A stretch of DNA of 64,000 bases. It comes from Calditrichia bacterium (GTDB lineage Bacteria > Calditrichota > Calditrichia > RBG-13-44-9 > J075). Below the pieces are notes generated by a model. It saw only the letters and a list, made by a program, of their open reading frames with translations, was not told the DNA's origin and ran no database searches. This document shows, one piece after another, positions 28,817 through 38,057 of this stretch. Within the stretch, counting starts at the first letter, position 1; every line of letters begins with the position of its first letter. The position numbers were made by a program, and so were the translations under genes. Location: NCBI GenBank assembly GCA_050633245.1, contig JBOEGD010000026.1, forward strand, positions 34,358-98,357, given 5' to 3'.

Positions 28817-29274
28817 TGTGAGTCCCTTTCCAAAGGTAAGATTGACGTCTCTTTGATGGTTTCCAAAACGATGATGCTGCGAGAGGATGCCTGTGGGTTA
28901 ATAGCGCGCATCTTTGTGCGCATGAAGTTTGCCAAATCCTGTGGATTGGCGACCCGTACTTTTAGCAGATAACAATCCTCTCCTGCTACGTGGTGTACTT
29001 CCAATACCTCCGGAAGCTCAGCCAATTTTTGGGTAGACTCGTCGTGCCATAATTCGCCGTTGACGCGAACGAATACAAAAGCCAGAAAGTTCAGATTTAA
29101 GGACGATGGATTAACCTGGGCATGAAAGCCGGTAATATGACCCTGTTCTTCCAATTTACGGATGCGCTCGAGAATGGCTGACGGAACCATATCGAGCTTG
29201 CGACCGATCTCTGAATTGCTAATGCGGCCATTTTCCTGAAGTAATTTGAGTATCTGTAAATCGATCTGATCCAT
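28813..29274 (-). CDS. Lrp/AsnC transcriptional regulator
   Basis: MDQIDLQILKLLQENGRISN, VHHVAGEDCYLLKV; overlaps transporter start. Confidence 0.93.
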   Translation of the reverse strand: MDQIDLQILKLLQENGRISNSEIGRKLDMVPSAILERIRKLEEQGHITGFHAQVNPSSLNLNFLAFVFVRVNGELWHDESTQKLAELPEVLEVHHVAGEDCYLLKVRVANPQDLANFMRTKMRAINPQASSRSIIVLETIKETSILPLERDSQ

Positions 29275-29474
29275 CTGAACTCCTGATAAATTGTGGTTAA
29301 CTTGAGATAAATAAAAACAATAAATCATGTCTTGTCAAGAAAAAATGATAATTTATCAAATAAGTGTTGTCTTTTTGATGTTTTGTCTTTGGTTCATGTC
29401 TTTTGCCGACAAATTACCAGAAAACTAATTTATTTCTTCTGCGTAAAAGATTTAGAACCTGTCCCGGGAGAGAC

Positions 29475-30581
29475 ATGCTAAAAGACTACTCTAATCTGAT
29501 GTTATTTCTAACCGCTTTTCAAAGCGGTCTTTTTGCACTGTTTTTATTGGCGTTACGAAGTAAGAAAAAAAGCGACAACCGAATACTGGGAATATATTTG
29601 TTGACGCTATTTTTTCAGTTAATGCATGCCTTGGCAGCCCGCTTCCAACTATTGGAAACGATCCCTCATATTGCTTATCAGGGGAGTAAGTTTATCTTTC
29701 TGGGGGGACCGTTACTGTATTTGTACACTCGCTCTGTAGCTAAAGGTGTAGGCATCCAGCTGAAAGACTGGCTTCATTTTTTCCCTGCAATTGCTCTTGG
29801 CGGCTATATCTTTTTTAGCTACGATATACTTTCTGCATCCGAGAAACTGGCCTTTCTACAAAGCAGGGAAGCGCTGGTTGCGCCCTGGGTTTCTTCCTTG
29901 TTGCTTTACTCCTATTACCTACAGCTTATCACATATGTTGTAGTTTCTATTAAACTTCTCGGGGCCAGCTCTGCGGAGAATATCTCCTGGTTGAAATTTG
30001 TGCTGTATGGCTTTGCGATAATCTGGATATTTGACATGGTTATGCTGGGGATGAAGGCATTTACGCCCGAGCTGGCGAGCGTCTATTACCCCTGGCTGGA
30101 AGCCGTTTCAAGAACCTATACCTTTAGCTATATTAATGTATTCGTTTTCAAAGGTTTGCTTAAACCGGCTCTTTTTCATGGGGACGGCAAGGAATCTGCC
30201 GCTCCCAAATACGAAAAGTCGGCGCTGTCTGAATCCCGTAAGCAGCAGATGGTGGAAGATTTACAAGGCCATATGCAAACCCGTAAGCCGCATCTTAATC
30301 CTGAGCTCACTCTCGCGCAGCTTGCTGAAGCATTAAATGTTCAGCCGAAGTACCTCTCGCAAGTGATCAATGAAAAGCTGGGGAAAAATTTCTTCGATTT
30401 TGTGAACTGCTATCGCATCGAGGAAGCAAAGGCAAAACTGGTGAACCCACCGGATGAAAAGATCACTGTTCTGGAGGTACTTTATGATGTCGGATTTAAC
30501 TCGAAATCCTCTTTCAACACTGCCTTTAAAAAAGCTACCGGCATGACACCTTCCCAATTTCGCCGTCTTTCGCTTGAATAA
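29475..30581 (+). CDS. Membrane-spanning AraC-family regulator
   Basis: Multi-TM N-terminus; LSQVIN...FFDFVN.YRIEEAK, VGFNSKSSFNTAFKK.TGMTPS. Confidence 0.9.
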   Translation: MLKDYSNLMLFLTAFQSGLFALFLLALRSKKKSDNRILGIYLLTLFFQLMHALAARFQLLETIPHIAYQGSKFIFLGGPLLYLYTRSVAKGVGIQLKDWLHFFPAIALGGYIFFSYDILSASEKLAFLQSREALVAPWVSSLLLYSYYLQLITYVVVSIKLLGASSAENISWLKFVLYGFAIIWIFDMVMLGMKAFTPELASVYYPWLEAVSRTYTFSYINVFVFKGLLKPALFHGDGKESAAPKYEKSALSESRKQQMVEDLQGHMQTRKPHLNPELTLAQLAEALNVQPKYLSQVINEKLGKNFFDFVNCYRIEEAKAKLVNPPDEKITVLEVLYDVGFNSKSSFNTAFKKATGMTPSQFRRLSLE

Positions 30582-30670
30582 TTTTCGAAAAAGCGTTCGA
30601 CTTCCTGAATTACGACGATTTTCGCCATTCTGCGCTCTAGTTTTCTCCTAAAACTTAAAGGAGAAAGCCA

Positions 30671-32428
30671 ATGGCGCTTTTCAGAACAACGGCAATTATG
30701 ACGGTTTTATTTCTTTCAATGGCATATACGCAAACCTTTACGCGAATAACAAGCGGCAGTGTTGTAAGCGATGGTGGACACTCGGTAGGTTGTAGCTGGG
30801 CGGATATTGACAATGATGGCGATCCGGATCTGTATGTAACGAACGGCATTGTTAATGGAGCCGAAGTAAACTATCTGTATCAAAATAATGGTGACGGCAC
30901 GTTTAGCAGCCTTACCGGTAATGTGTCTGTTCAGGATGATCCGTTTTCAGAAAGCAGTAGCTGGGGCGACTTCAATAATGATGGCTCTATCGATCTATTT
31001 GTAGCCAATTCGCGCTTTGGCATCCGGCCGCATTTTGATTTTCTATTCGTGAATACTGGTAGCGGCGATTTTCAAAAGATCAGCGGCGGAGCGCTTGGTG
31101 CACAGCAATACGACTCTCGCAGCGTGTCTTGGGTAGATTACAACAATGACGGTTTACTGGACGTATTTATCGCAAGCGAATCGGGCAGGAATTTTCTCTA
31201 TCGTAATGATGGTGACAGCACGTTTAGCTCGGTGGATGCCGGGGCGCTAACCACAGGTGCCCGTGTTTCAGCAGCCTGTGCCTGGGCTGATTATGACCTG
31301 GATGGCGATCCTGACGTGTTTGTAGGTAATCTGTCTAATCAGAACAACACTCTCTATCGCAATGATGGCGGAGATGTGTTCACTGCAATTACCGGCGTGG
31401 ATATTTCAAACAATGGTGGGAATTCCATTGGCTGTAGTTGGGGAGACTATAACAACGATGGATATCCAGATTTGTTTGTGGCGAATTTTAACAATCAAAA
31501 TAACTTCTTCTACCGCAATAATGGCGACGGCACATTCGCGCGAATTACCAGTGGGGATATTGTTGGAAATGGTGGCAGCTCATTTGGCAGTGCCTGGGGA
31601 GATTACGATAACGATGGTTTTCTTGATCTCTTCGTAACAAATCTATCGAATCAGAACAACTTTCTCTATCGCAATAATGGTGATGAAACATTTACTCGCG
31701 TTTCAACAGGTGATATTGTCAGTAATGGAGGTCAGTCTGAAGGGTGTGCCTGGGCAGATTACGACCTTGATGGTGATCTGGACATGTATGCGGTGAATTT
31801 TGATGGCCAGGGTAACTTTTTGTATCAAAATGATGGAAATACCAATGCCTGGATTAACGTATTGTTAAAGGGAACGACTTCAAATAATTCAGGAATCGGA
31901 GCCAAAGTAGCGATTAAAACCACGACCGGCTGGCAGTATCGAGAGGTTTCCGGGCAAACGGGTTATCAGAGTCAAAATAGCCTTAACGTTGAGTTTGGGT
32001 TGGGGATGGCGACAACGATTGATTCGCTGATTATAAAATGGCCTTCCGGCGCTGTCGATGTGCTGGAAAATGTCTCCGCGAATCAATTTTTGACCATTAC
32101 AGAAAGTGGCGGAACCACGGGAATTCAGTCTGATGATCAAGGCCTTTTTAATGGATTTCAGCTGTTTCAAAACTATCCGAATCCGTTTAATCCGCAGACG
32201 ACGATTCGCTTTTTTTTACCCGTATCGCAGAAGATTAAACTAACGATTTACAACCTCTCAGGGCAGCGTATCTCTACGCTGCTCAGCAACAAGATTCCAG
32301 CGGGAGAGCATACTGTTGAATGGAACGGTCGTGATGAAAAGGGTGCGCTGGTCAGCTCGGGATTATATGTCTATCGCATAAAAAGTGATAAATTCTCACT
32401 GTCTCGTAAGATGATGTTTTTAAAGTAG
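30671..32428 (+). CDS. FG-GAP/VCBS repeat + ASPIC/UnbV (CRTAC1-like) protein with FlgD-Ig/Por-type tail
   Basis: Seven WxDxxxDG repeats, GIGAKV...FGLG...WPSG, QNYPNPFNP. Confidence 0.9.
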   Translation: MALFRTTAIMTVLFLSMAYTQTFTRITSGSVVSDGGHSVGCSWADIDNDGDPDLYVTNGIVNGAEVNYLYQNNGDGTFSSLTGNVSVQDDPFSESSSWGDFNNDGSIDLFVANSRFGIRPHFDFLFVNTGSGDFQKISGGALGAQQYDSRSVSWVDYNNDGLLDVFIASESGRNFLYRNDGDSTFSSVDAGALTTGARVSAACAWADYDLDGDPDVFVGNLSNQNNTLYRNDGGDVFTAITGVDISNNGGNSIGCSWGDYNNDGYPDLFVANFNNQNNFFYRNNGDGTFARITSGDIVGNGGSSFGSAWGDYDNDGFLDLFVTNLSNQNNFLYRNNGDETFTRVSTGDIVSNGGQSEGCAWADYDLDGDLDMYAVNFDGQGNFLYQNDGNTNAWINVLLKGTTSNNSGIGAKVAIKTTTGWQYREVSGQTGYQSQNSLNVEFGLGMATTIDSLIIKWPSGAVDVLENVSANQFLTITESGGTTGIQSDDQGLFNGFQLFQNYPNPFNPQTTIRFFLPVSQKIKLTIYNLSGQRISTLLSNKIPAGEHTVEWNGRDEKGALVSSGLYVYRIKSDKFSLSRKMMFLK

Positions 32429-32588
32429 TTTAATAGCCTCTATTGTGTGCTTTGTATGATGGTCTTTGAAAATGTTTGTGATCCAAAATCAAGACCTCGT
32501 CCGTAATAGCTTTTGAATAATCGATACCTCCAACGGGCCCCGAGGAGCTTTCAACTTTATGTGAAAGACTCAAAATACGGATGAGGTT

Positions 32589-34796
32589 ATGATGAAAAAA
32601 CTACACTTGAATTATTCAATACTTTTAACTCTGTTTTTGACCTTTAGCGGAGCGTTTAGTTTAGTTTCTGCACAGACGCAACCGCAAAGTCTGAACTTAC
32701 CAGGCGGTAATGTGCAGGCGTTGGCTACTGTTACTATCCAGGGTGAGGTAATACAGGTTGCCGGGCTTACCGGTTCTCCTGAGTCTCCATTAATTCCGAT
32801 TAGTGAAGGAATATTACCCAATCCGCTCTTTAGCGGGTTCCTATTTGAGGAAGTTGCCAGTATTGCAAGAAACAGTGCGAATAACAATGTGCTTGTTGGA
32901 TCAGGTAATGGTGGTGTACATCAATTCGATGTAGCGCAAGAGCTATGGCGAACACTACGACCCGAAACAGGAGGCGGACGAACTCAGGTCGGGGTAACTG
33001 ATAACTCGACAATCGTTGCTGCAACTGAGTTTTTTGGTATCAATCGAAGTATTGACGGCGGACAGACTTTTCTTCCGGCACAAAATCCCCCCGGGATGAG
33101 TTTCATAGGTGACATGGCTACAAAGGGCGATACCGTTTTGCTTGGGGGCTTTCCCGGAGTATTTATATCAACTGATGCGGGTAATACTTTTGTCAGTACT
33201 TCTTTTCCGTTTGTTCCAGTAAGCGAAGTTGATATTGACCCCTCTACCTGCACCATCTATGTTGGAACGTTTACCGATGGGCTTTATCGCTCTGTAGATG
33301 ATGGTAACACGTTTCAAAAAGTATCCAGCGTAACGCCACTGAACGGATGGGTTACTGCAATTAACGCAAATGGTGGACCGGTTTATGTCTCGGTCGTTGG
33401 CTTCCCGGAAGACTTTTCCCGTACTTTTACATCTGTAGATGATGGTGCAACATTTACCGAATTGCCTGCTTCAGATGATAAGGATATCGTGAATGATTTT
33501 TTGGTTGTTGACGATACAACGTTTTTCGGCACCACCGGTGCTGGACTAACAAAGAGCGTGAATAATAGTGCTCCCGTAGTCCTACAGCGGGCTGAATCTA
33601 ACCATAACACCACAGCGATACTCATACCGGATGATAGCACACTGGTGGTTGGTAATAATACCGGCGGAATCTATAAGGCGGACATACAGGACCCGACCGC
33701 TACCTGGAAGAAGCTGGATAATTCCAACCTGATTGATGTAACTGCCGCAACGTCCGATCAATTCGGAAACTCGTATTTTGTGGGTACCAGCATTGTAGGA
33801 CCTGAAGTACGTTATCTGGAGGCGGGGAGCGATTCTATGGCGAAGCGGATTAATGGAATTACTTCTCCTTTTATTCAATCCATTGCAGTCTCAGACTCAA
33901 CCGGCACTTTGCTGGTGGGAGGGGAAGAGATGTTTCGCAGCAGCGACCAAGGGCTAAGCTACACGTCTTCAAATAAGCCACAGGGCTTTATTTCAGATAT
34001 GATTTACGTAACCGATACGAATAAGTTTATTGCGCAATCCAACTTCGGTCTTTATGAATCGACTAATGACGGCAATAGCTGGTCGCAGTATACCGATCCG
34101 ATTTTTACCAGTGAAATGGTAGCATCTCCGCAGGGAACGTCGTTTGCATTTGTCGCGCGCGACACCGTTTACCGCGCAACCGGAATGGGAGATGTCGAAG
34201 CACTGGATGACGGCTTTCCTAATGGCAGACGGGCGCTGGATATTGATATCAGTGATGATGGTCAACTGATTGCAATAGTAGCGAAAAACCCCAATGTCGG
34301 TGTTTATGAATATATGGAATCTGCTAATATCTGGCAGGAGACAGAGGAGTGGGACAGCGGATTTGAATTTATTAACGACTTTAAAGCTGCCGGTGTTTTT
34401 GCACCATCGGCTCAGCCCGGTGTTACACTGAATCCCTTTGTGGGAGTTACCGGTAAAGGTGTTTTTGGAATGCCTACTCTAACGGGAATAGGGAATGAAG
34501 ACATATTCGCTACGCCACAGATTTTTGTATTGGATCAGAACTACCCAAATCCATTTAATCCCGAAACGACTATTCGTTATCAGCTAAACCAGCCAGGCAA
34601 TGTTCAGCTGATAATCTACAATACGCTGGGGCAGAAAATAGCAACATTGATTAATGAACTGCAAATTGCCGGTACTTATCAGGTTCGCTGGAACGGTCGT
34701 GACGCCGTAGGCTTGCCGGTGAGTTCAGGGGTGTATTTGTATCAACTCAGTGTCGGTAGTGAGCTTCTGACCCGCCAAATGCTACTGGTAAAATGA
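32589..34796 (+). CDS. Secreted BNR/Asp-box beta-propeller protein with FlgD-Ig/Por-type tail
   Basis: Repeated SxDxGxTF/W boxes; QNYPNPFNP. Confidence 0.8.
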   Translation: MMKKLHLNYSILLTLFLTFSGAFSLVSAQTQPQSLNLPGGNVQALATVTIQGEVIQVAGLTGSPESPLIPISEGILPNPLFSGFLFEEVASIARNSANNNVLVGSGNGGVHQFDVAQELWRTLRPETGGGRTQVGVTDNSTIVAATEFFGINRSIDGGQTFLPAQNPPGMSFIGDMATKGDTVLLGGFPGVFISTDAGNTFVSTSFPFVPVSEVDIDPSTCTIYVGTFTDGLYRSVDDGNTFQKVSSVTPLNGWVTAINANGGPVYVSVVGFPEDFSRTFTSVDDGATFTELPASDDKDIVNDFLVVDDTTFFGTTGAGLTKSVNNSAPVVLQRAESNHNTTAILIPDDSTLVVGNNTGGIYKADIQDPTATWKKLDNSNLIDVTAATSDQFGNSYFVGTSIVGPEVRYLEAGSDSMAKRINGITSPFIQSIAVSDSTGTLLVGGEEMFRSSDQGLSYTSSNKPQGFISDMIYVTDTNKFIAQSNFGLYESTNDGNSWSQYTDPIFTSEMVASPQGTSFAFVARDTVYRATGMGDVEALDDGFPNGRRALDIDISDDGQLIAIVAKNPNVGVYEYMESANIWQETEEWDSGFEFINDFKAAGVFAPSAQPGVTLNPFVGVTGKGVFGMPTLTGIGNEDIFATPQIFVLDQNYPNPFNPETTIRYQLNQPGNVQLIIYNTLGQKIATLINELQIAGTYQVRWNGRDAVGLPVSSGVYLYQLSVGSELLTRQMLLVK

Positions 34797-34815
34797 GCGC
34801 TTCAAAAACAACAGA

Positions 34816-34851
34816 CTCCGCCCGAACGCTGATACGTCGCACCGGGCGGAG
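34816..34851. terminator. GC-rich hairpin between convergent genes
   Basis: CTCCGCCCG (34816-24) / CGGGCGGAG (34843-51). Confidence 0.55.
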
Positions 34852-34881
34852 CCGTGTTTACCCCTTGTAAGGACAGTTTCT

Positions 34882-35334
34882 TTAGACGCCAAATTGCCGC
34901 AGATGATGATCAAAATGCTTGTAATTCAGTTTGCTCCATTCATCGGCGTTCATTGAGCCAAAGAAAGGATGTTTTCGTCCGCTGATATCATCTGCTTTTT
35001 GCTGCGGATACTTCTCCAGCAGTTTTATTAAACGAGATTTTTCAGTAGCAAATCCATTTGTTCTCGTTACGACATAGTCTGGATGTGTTGCAATGTTTTT
35101 TGCAATTGGAGAATTATCTTTGATGCTTTTTTTCAAAATGAAACGCCCAAGCAATTTGCCGATCAGCCGTTGTTTGGCTTGACGAGCGCCGTAAGTGATC
35201 TCAATAGACTCAGAACAGTGACGCAACATTTGTGCTGCATTCATCTTGCCCCATTCTGACGAATGCTCCGGGGTAAGTTGTTGAATGCGCTCTGTAATTT
35301 CTATAATGGTCGCGGTGCTAAACATGTCTTTCAT
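34882..35334 (-). CDS. DUF1569 (DinB-like) protein
   Basis: WGKMNAAQMLRHC, HPFFG, KHFDHHLRQFGV. Confidence 0.88.
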   Translation of the reverse strand: MKDMFSTATIIEITERIQQLTPEHSSEWGKMNAAQMLRHCSESIEITYGARQAKQRLIGKLLGRFILKKSIKDNSPIAKNIATHPDYVVTRTNGFATEKSRLIKLLEKYPQQKADDISGRKHPFFGSMNADEWSKLNYKHFDHHLRQFGV

Positions 35335-35430
35335 AATCGTCTCCTTTGTTAGGTGAAATAAATGATGTTCACCCAGATAACGATTGAGTTAGACACTATT
35401 GGACAAAAATGTGAATGAGTTTAGGAAAAG

Positions 35431-35664
35431 CTATTCTTCGCCGAGTTTCTTCTTGAAGTAACGGTGGGTGAGTAAGACGGCTGCGATTGGCAGGAAGGCG
35501 ACAAGTGCGGCATAGACACCCCAGATTTGACGCTGAGTTTCTACACTGTTTCCGGAGTTCTCACCGGTTAGAAAAGGCAAAATCGGGAGTCCTGCGAGTA
35601 GCAGAACTCCCAATGTTGCGGAATAGGCAAACAGAAGATATAGAATACGGATGGAGATTTTCAT
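35431..35664 (-). CDS. Small two-TM hypothetical protein coupled to hflC
   Basis: Two hydrophobic helices; 1-nt stop/start overlap with hflC. Confidence 0.6.
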   Translation of the reverse strand: MKISIRILYLLFAYSATLGVLLLAGLPILPFLTGENSGNSVETQRQIWGVYAALVAFLPIAAVLLTHRYFKKKLGEE

Positions 35665-36623
35665 TACCGTCCGTTCTTGTCTTTCAGATATTTGAAAAAT
35701 TCATTGTCGGTAGATAGAATGAGCATGTCATTGTTCGAGATAGCTTCTTCGTACGATTCCATACTTTTCAGAAAACGATAGAATTCTCGGGTATCGCTAT
35801 TGCGGTCGTAAGCCTGCGCATAAATACGTGTTGCCGAGGCATCGGCCTCTCCACGAAGCGTTTCTGCCTGCTTAAAAGATTCCGATTCGATCTCTTTTAA
35901 GTCGCGCTCTTTTTCACCAAGAATACGTGAAGCCTCACCCTGGCCTTCAGAACGGTACTGCTCGGCAATACGTTGACGGGCGGTGGTCATACGACTGAAG
36001 ATTTCGGTCTCAACCTTTTTTACGTAGTTGATGCGCTTAAACTGTAAATCCAACAGCTCGATGCCCAGTTCCTCAATAATCGGCTGCGCTTTAGAAACAA
36101 TAGCGCGGCGAATACTGTCGCGACCTACGGTAATGGCTAAATAGTCGTAGCGTGAGGTTGTATCCTGAAGCTGTCCGTTTGCAACTGAAAATTCACGATT
36201 ACTGGTACGAATCAATTCTACCAGATTATTCGATGCAATGGCATCACGAGTTACACCGTCAAGAATATCGTCCAGACGACTTTGAGCCTGTCGTTCATCA
36301 CGAACGCGCTGAAAAAACTTCAGCGGATCGGTTATGCGCCAGCGACCATAGGTATCAATAAAGATATTGCGCTGATCCAGCGTTGGAATCTCTTCACGAT
36401 CACCATCCCACTCGAGGAAGCGCTTATCGAAACGGTTAATTTTTTGAATAAAAGGTATTTTAAAGTGCAAGCCGGGATCACTAATCGTTTCACCAACCGG
36501 CTTACCAAACTGAGTAATAATAACCTGCTCGGTTTCGTGCACGGTATAAGCAGAACGAGAAAAAATCAGCATGCCGATAACGGCGATAACGAGGAAAAAT
36601 ATGAATCTTGGATTATTGTTCAT
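35664..36623 (-). CDS. hflC: FtsH protease modulator HflC
   Basis: QFGKPV, PGLHFKIPFIQ, RSEGQGEA, FYRFLKSMESY. Confidence 0.93.
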   Translation of the reverse strand: MNNNPRFIFFLVIAVIGMLIFSRSAYTVHETEQVIITQFGKPVGETISDPGLHFKIPFIQKINRFDKRFLEWDGDREEIPTLDQRNIFIDTYGRWRITDPLKFFQRVRDERQAQSRLDDILDGVTRDAIASNNLVELIRTSNREFSVANGQLQDTTSRYDYLAITVGRDSIRRAIVSKAQPIIEELGIELLDLQFKRINYVKKVETEIFSRMTTARQRIAEQYRSEGQGEASRILGEKERDLKEIESESFKQAETLRGEADASATRIYAQAYDRNSDTREFYRFLKSMESYEEAISNNDMLILSTDNEFFKYLKDKNGR

Positions 36624-37600
36624 TTCTGGCCTCCCTTATTAAAATCGAACAACGGGAGAATGCCGCTGGCCTTGTCGTCGGTAATAAACTTCTTGTCTAT
36701 CTTTTTCATTACTTTTGTCATGGTCTCAAGATACATACGCTGTTTGGTTACTTCACGAGCCTTGGAGTATTCCGCATAGATAGCGTTAAAACGAGCCGCT
36801 TCACCCTTTGCCTCATTGATACGCTCTAGCGCATACCCGCGCGCTTCTTCAATCTTGCGTTGGGCTTCACCACGCGCCTTTGGGATAACGCGGTTGTACT
36901 GAGCCTGTGCTTCGTTGACCAGCTTTTCGCGCTCCTGCTCCGCAACGTTTACGTCGTTAAAAGCAGGCTTTACAGCATCTGGTGGAGTTACGCTCTGCAT
37001 CTGAACTTTTTCAACGGTAAGTCCAAGCTCGTAGCTCTCGCAGAGACCCTGGATAATATCAGATACGGTTTGTGCCAGTTCACCACGTCCGGTAGTGAGG
37101 ACTTCAAGAGCACTGCGGTCTCCAACAATCTCGCGCATTACTGCTTCATTGATATCGCGGAACGTTTGATTGGCATTGCGCACGCGGAATAAATACTTAT
37201 ATGGATCACTAACGCGATATTGTACAATCCACTCTACTTCCGCCATGTTCAAGTCGCCGGTTACCATCAGCGATTCATCATCATAGCTTTTTTCAGAATA
37301 CTGGGTGCGTTTGCCGGCAACCAGTGTACGAAAGCCAAACTCCTGCTTTAACTGACGCTCAACCGGTACTTTTTGAACGGACTCGATGCCGAACGGTAAT
37401 TTAAAATTTAATCCTGATGTAACAGTGCGATCGTATTTACCGAAACGCAATACGATTCCAACCTCTTCAGGCTCAACTGAAAACCAGCTGGTACCAAACA
37501 ATCCAAGTAGCAGGATCGCAAGAACACCGACCTTTACCAGATTGCCGGATACAGAGGGTGGCCGAAAATCGTTTAGATCAAACGGCGGTTTAGATGACAT
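36620..37600 (-). CDS. hflK: FtsH protease modulator HflK
   Basis: LRFGKY, MVTGDLN, VKPAFNDV, IPKARGEA, RMYLETM. Confidence 0.93.
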   Translation of the reverse strand: MSSKPPFDLNDFRPPSVSGNLVKVGVLAILLLGLFGTSWFSVEPEEVGIVLRFGKYDRTVTSGLNFKLPFGIESVQKVPVERQLKQEFGFRTLVAGKRTQYSEKSYDDESLMVTGDLNMAEVEWIVQYRVSDPYKYLFRVRNANQTFRDINEAVMREIVGDRSALEVLTTGRGELAQTVSDIIQGLCESYELGLTVEKVQMQSVTPPDAVKPAFNDVNVAEQEREKLVNEAQAQYNRVIPKARGEAQRKIEEARGYALERINEAKGEAARFNAIYAEYSKAREVTKQRMYLETMTKVMKKIDKKFITDDKASGILPLFDFNKGGQK

Positions 37601-37633
37601 AGACTTGCTCCTTTATGAGATGTTTAATTTTTG

Positions 37634-37787
37634 TCAGAACAGAGAACTCAAAGAGCGGGTGACTGGGAGAAGGGGAGAGCGGGAAAAAGACAATAAGAAG
37701 CAGCAACACTGCCCAACAACCCAAACTCTGTATTTTAAACCCGGAATCCAGATCCCAGAACCTAGAACTTTTGAACTTCTGAATTCT
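37634..37787. repeat. Patchwork of degenerate 7- and 8-mer tandem repeats
   Basis: GGGTGACT/GGGAGAAG/GGGAGAGC/GGGAAAAA (37657-88); CCGGAAT/CCAGATC/CCAGAAC/CTAGAAC (37741-68). Confidence 0.55.
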
Positions 37788-37816
37788 AATATACACCTAA
37801 TTCACCGCAGGTTCAA

Positions 37817-37973
37817 GGGGCGCGTAGTAGAGTCACGATGCATCGTAACTCTACTACGCGCCCCATGGTGTTCTACTCTCCACCACTATCGTAACTCTAC
37901 TACGCGCCCCCATGGTGTTCTGCTCTCCAACACTATCATGACACTACGACGCTGGGCATCGTGACTCTACTAT
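37817..37973. repeat. GTAG-type REP cluster: ~23-bp-arm hairpin (37817-37864) plus tandem ~46-nt duplications of its right arm
   Basis: ggggcgcgtagtagagtcacgat-gc-atcgtaactctactacgcgcccc; unit restarts at 37842, 37888 and (decayed) 37935. Confidence 0.85.
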
Positions 37974-38057
37974 CCAATGCCTTTGAATTGTTAAAAAAGC
38001 CGCTGATTGAAGCCAATCTATGTCTTATATTATGCCTTTACGAAACGGTAGAGCGCC

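Noticed and set aside
37842-37973. 46-nt periodic repeat as CRISPR
   Set aside because: The would-be spacers are copies of each other; it is a tandem duplication
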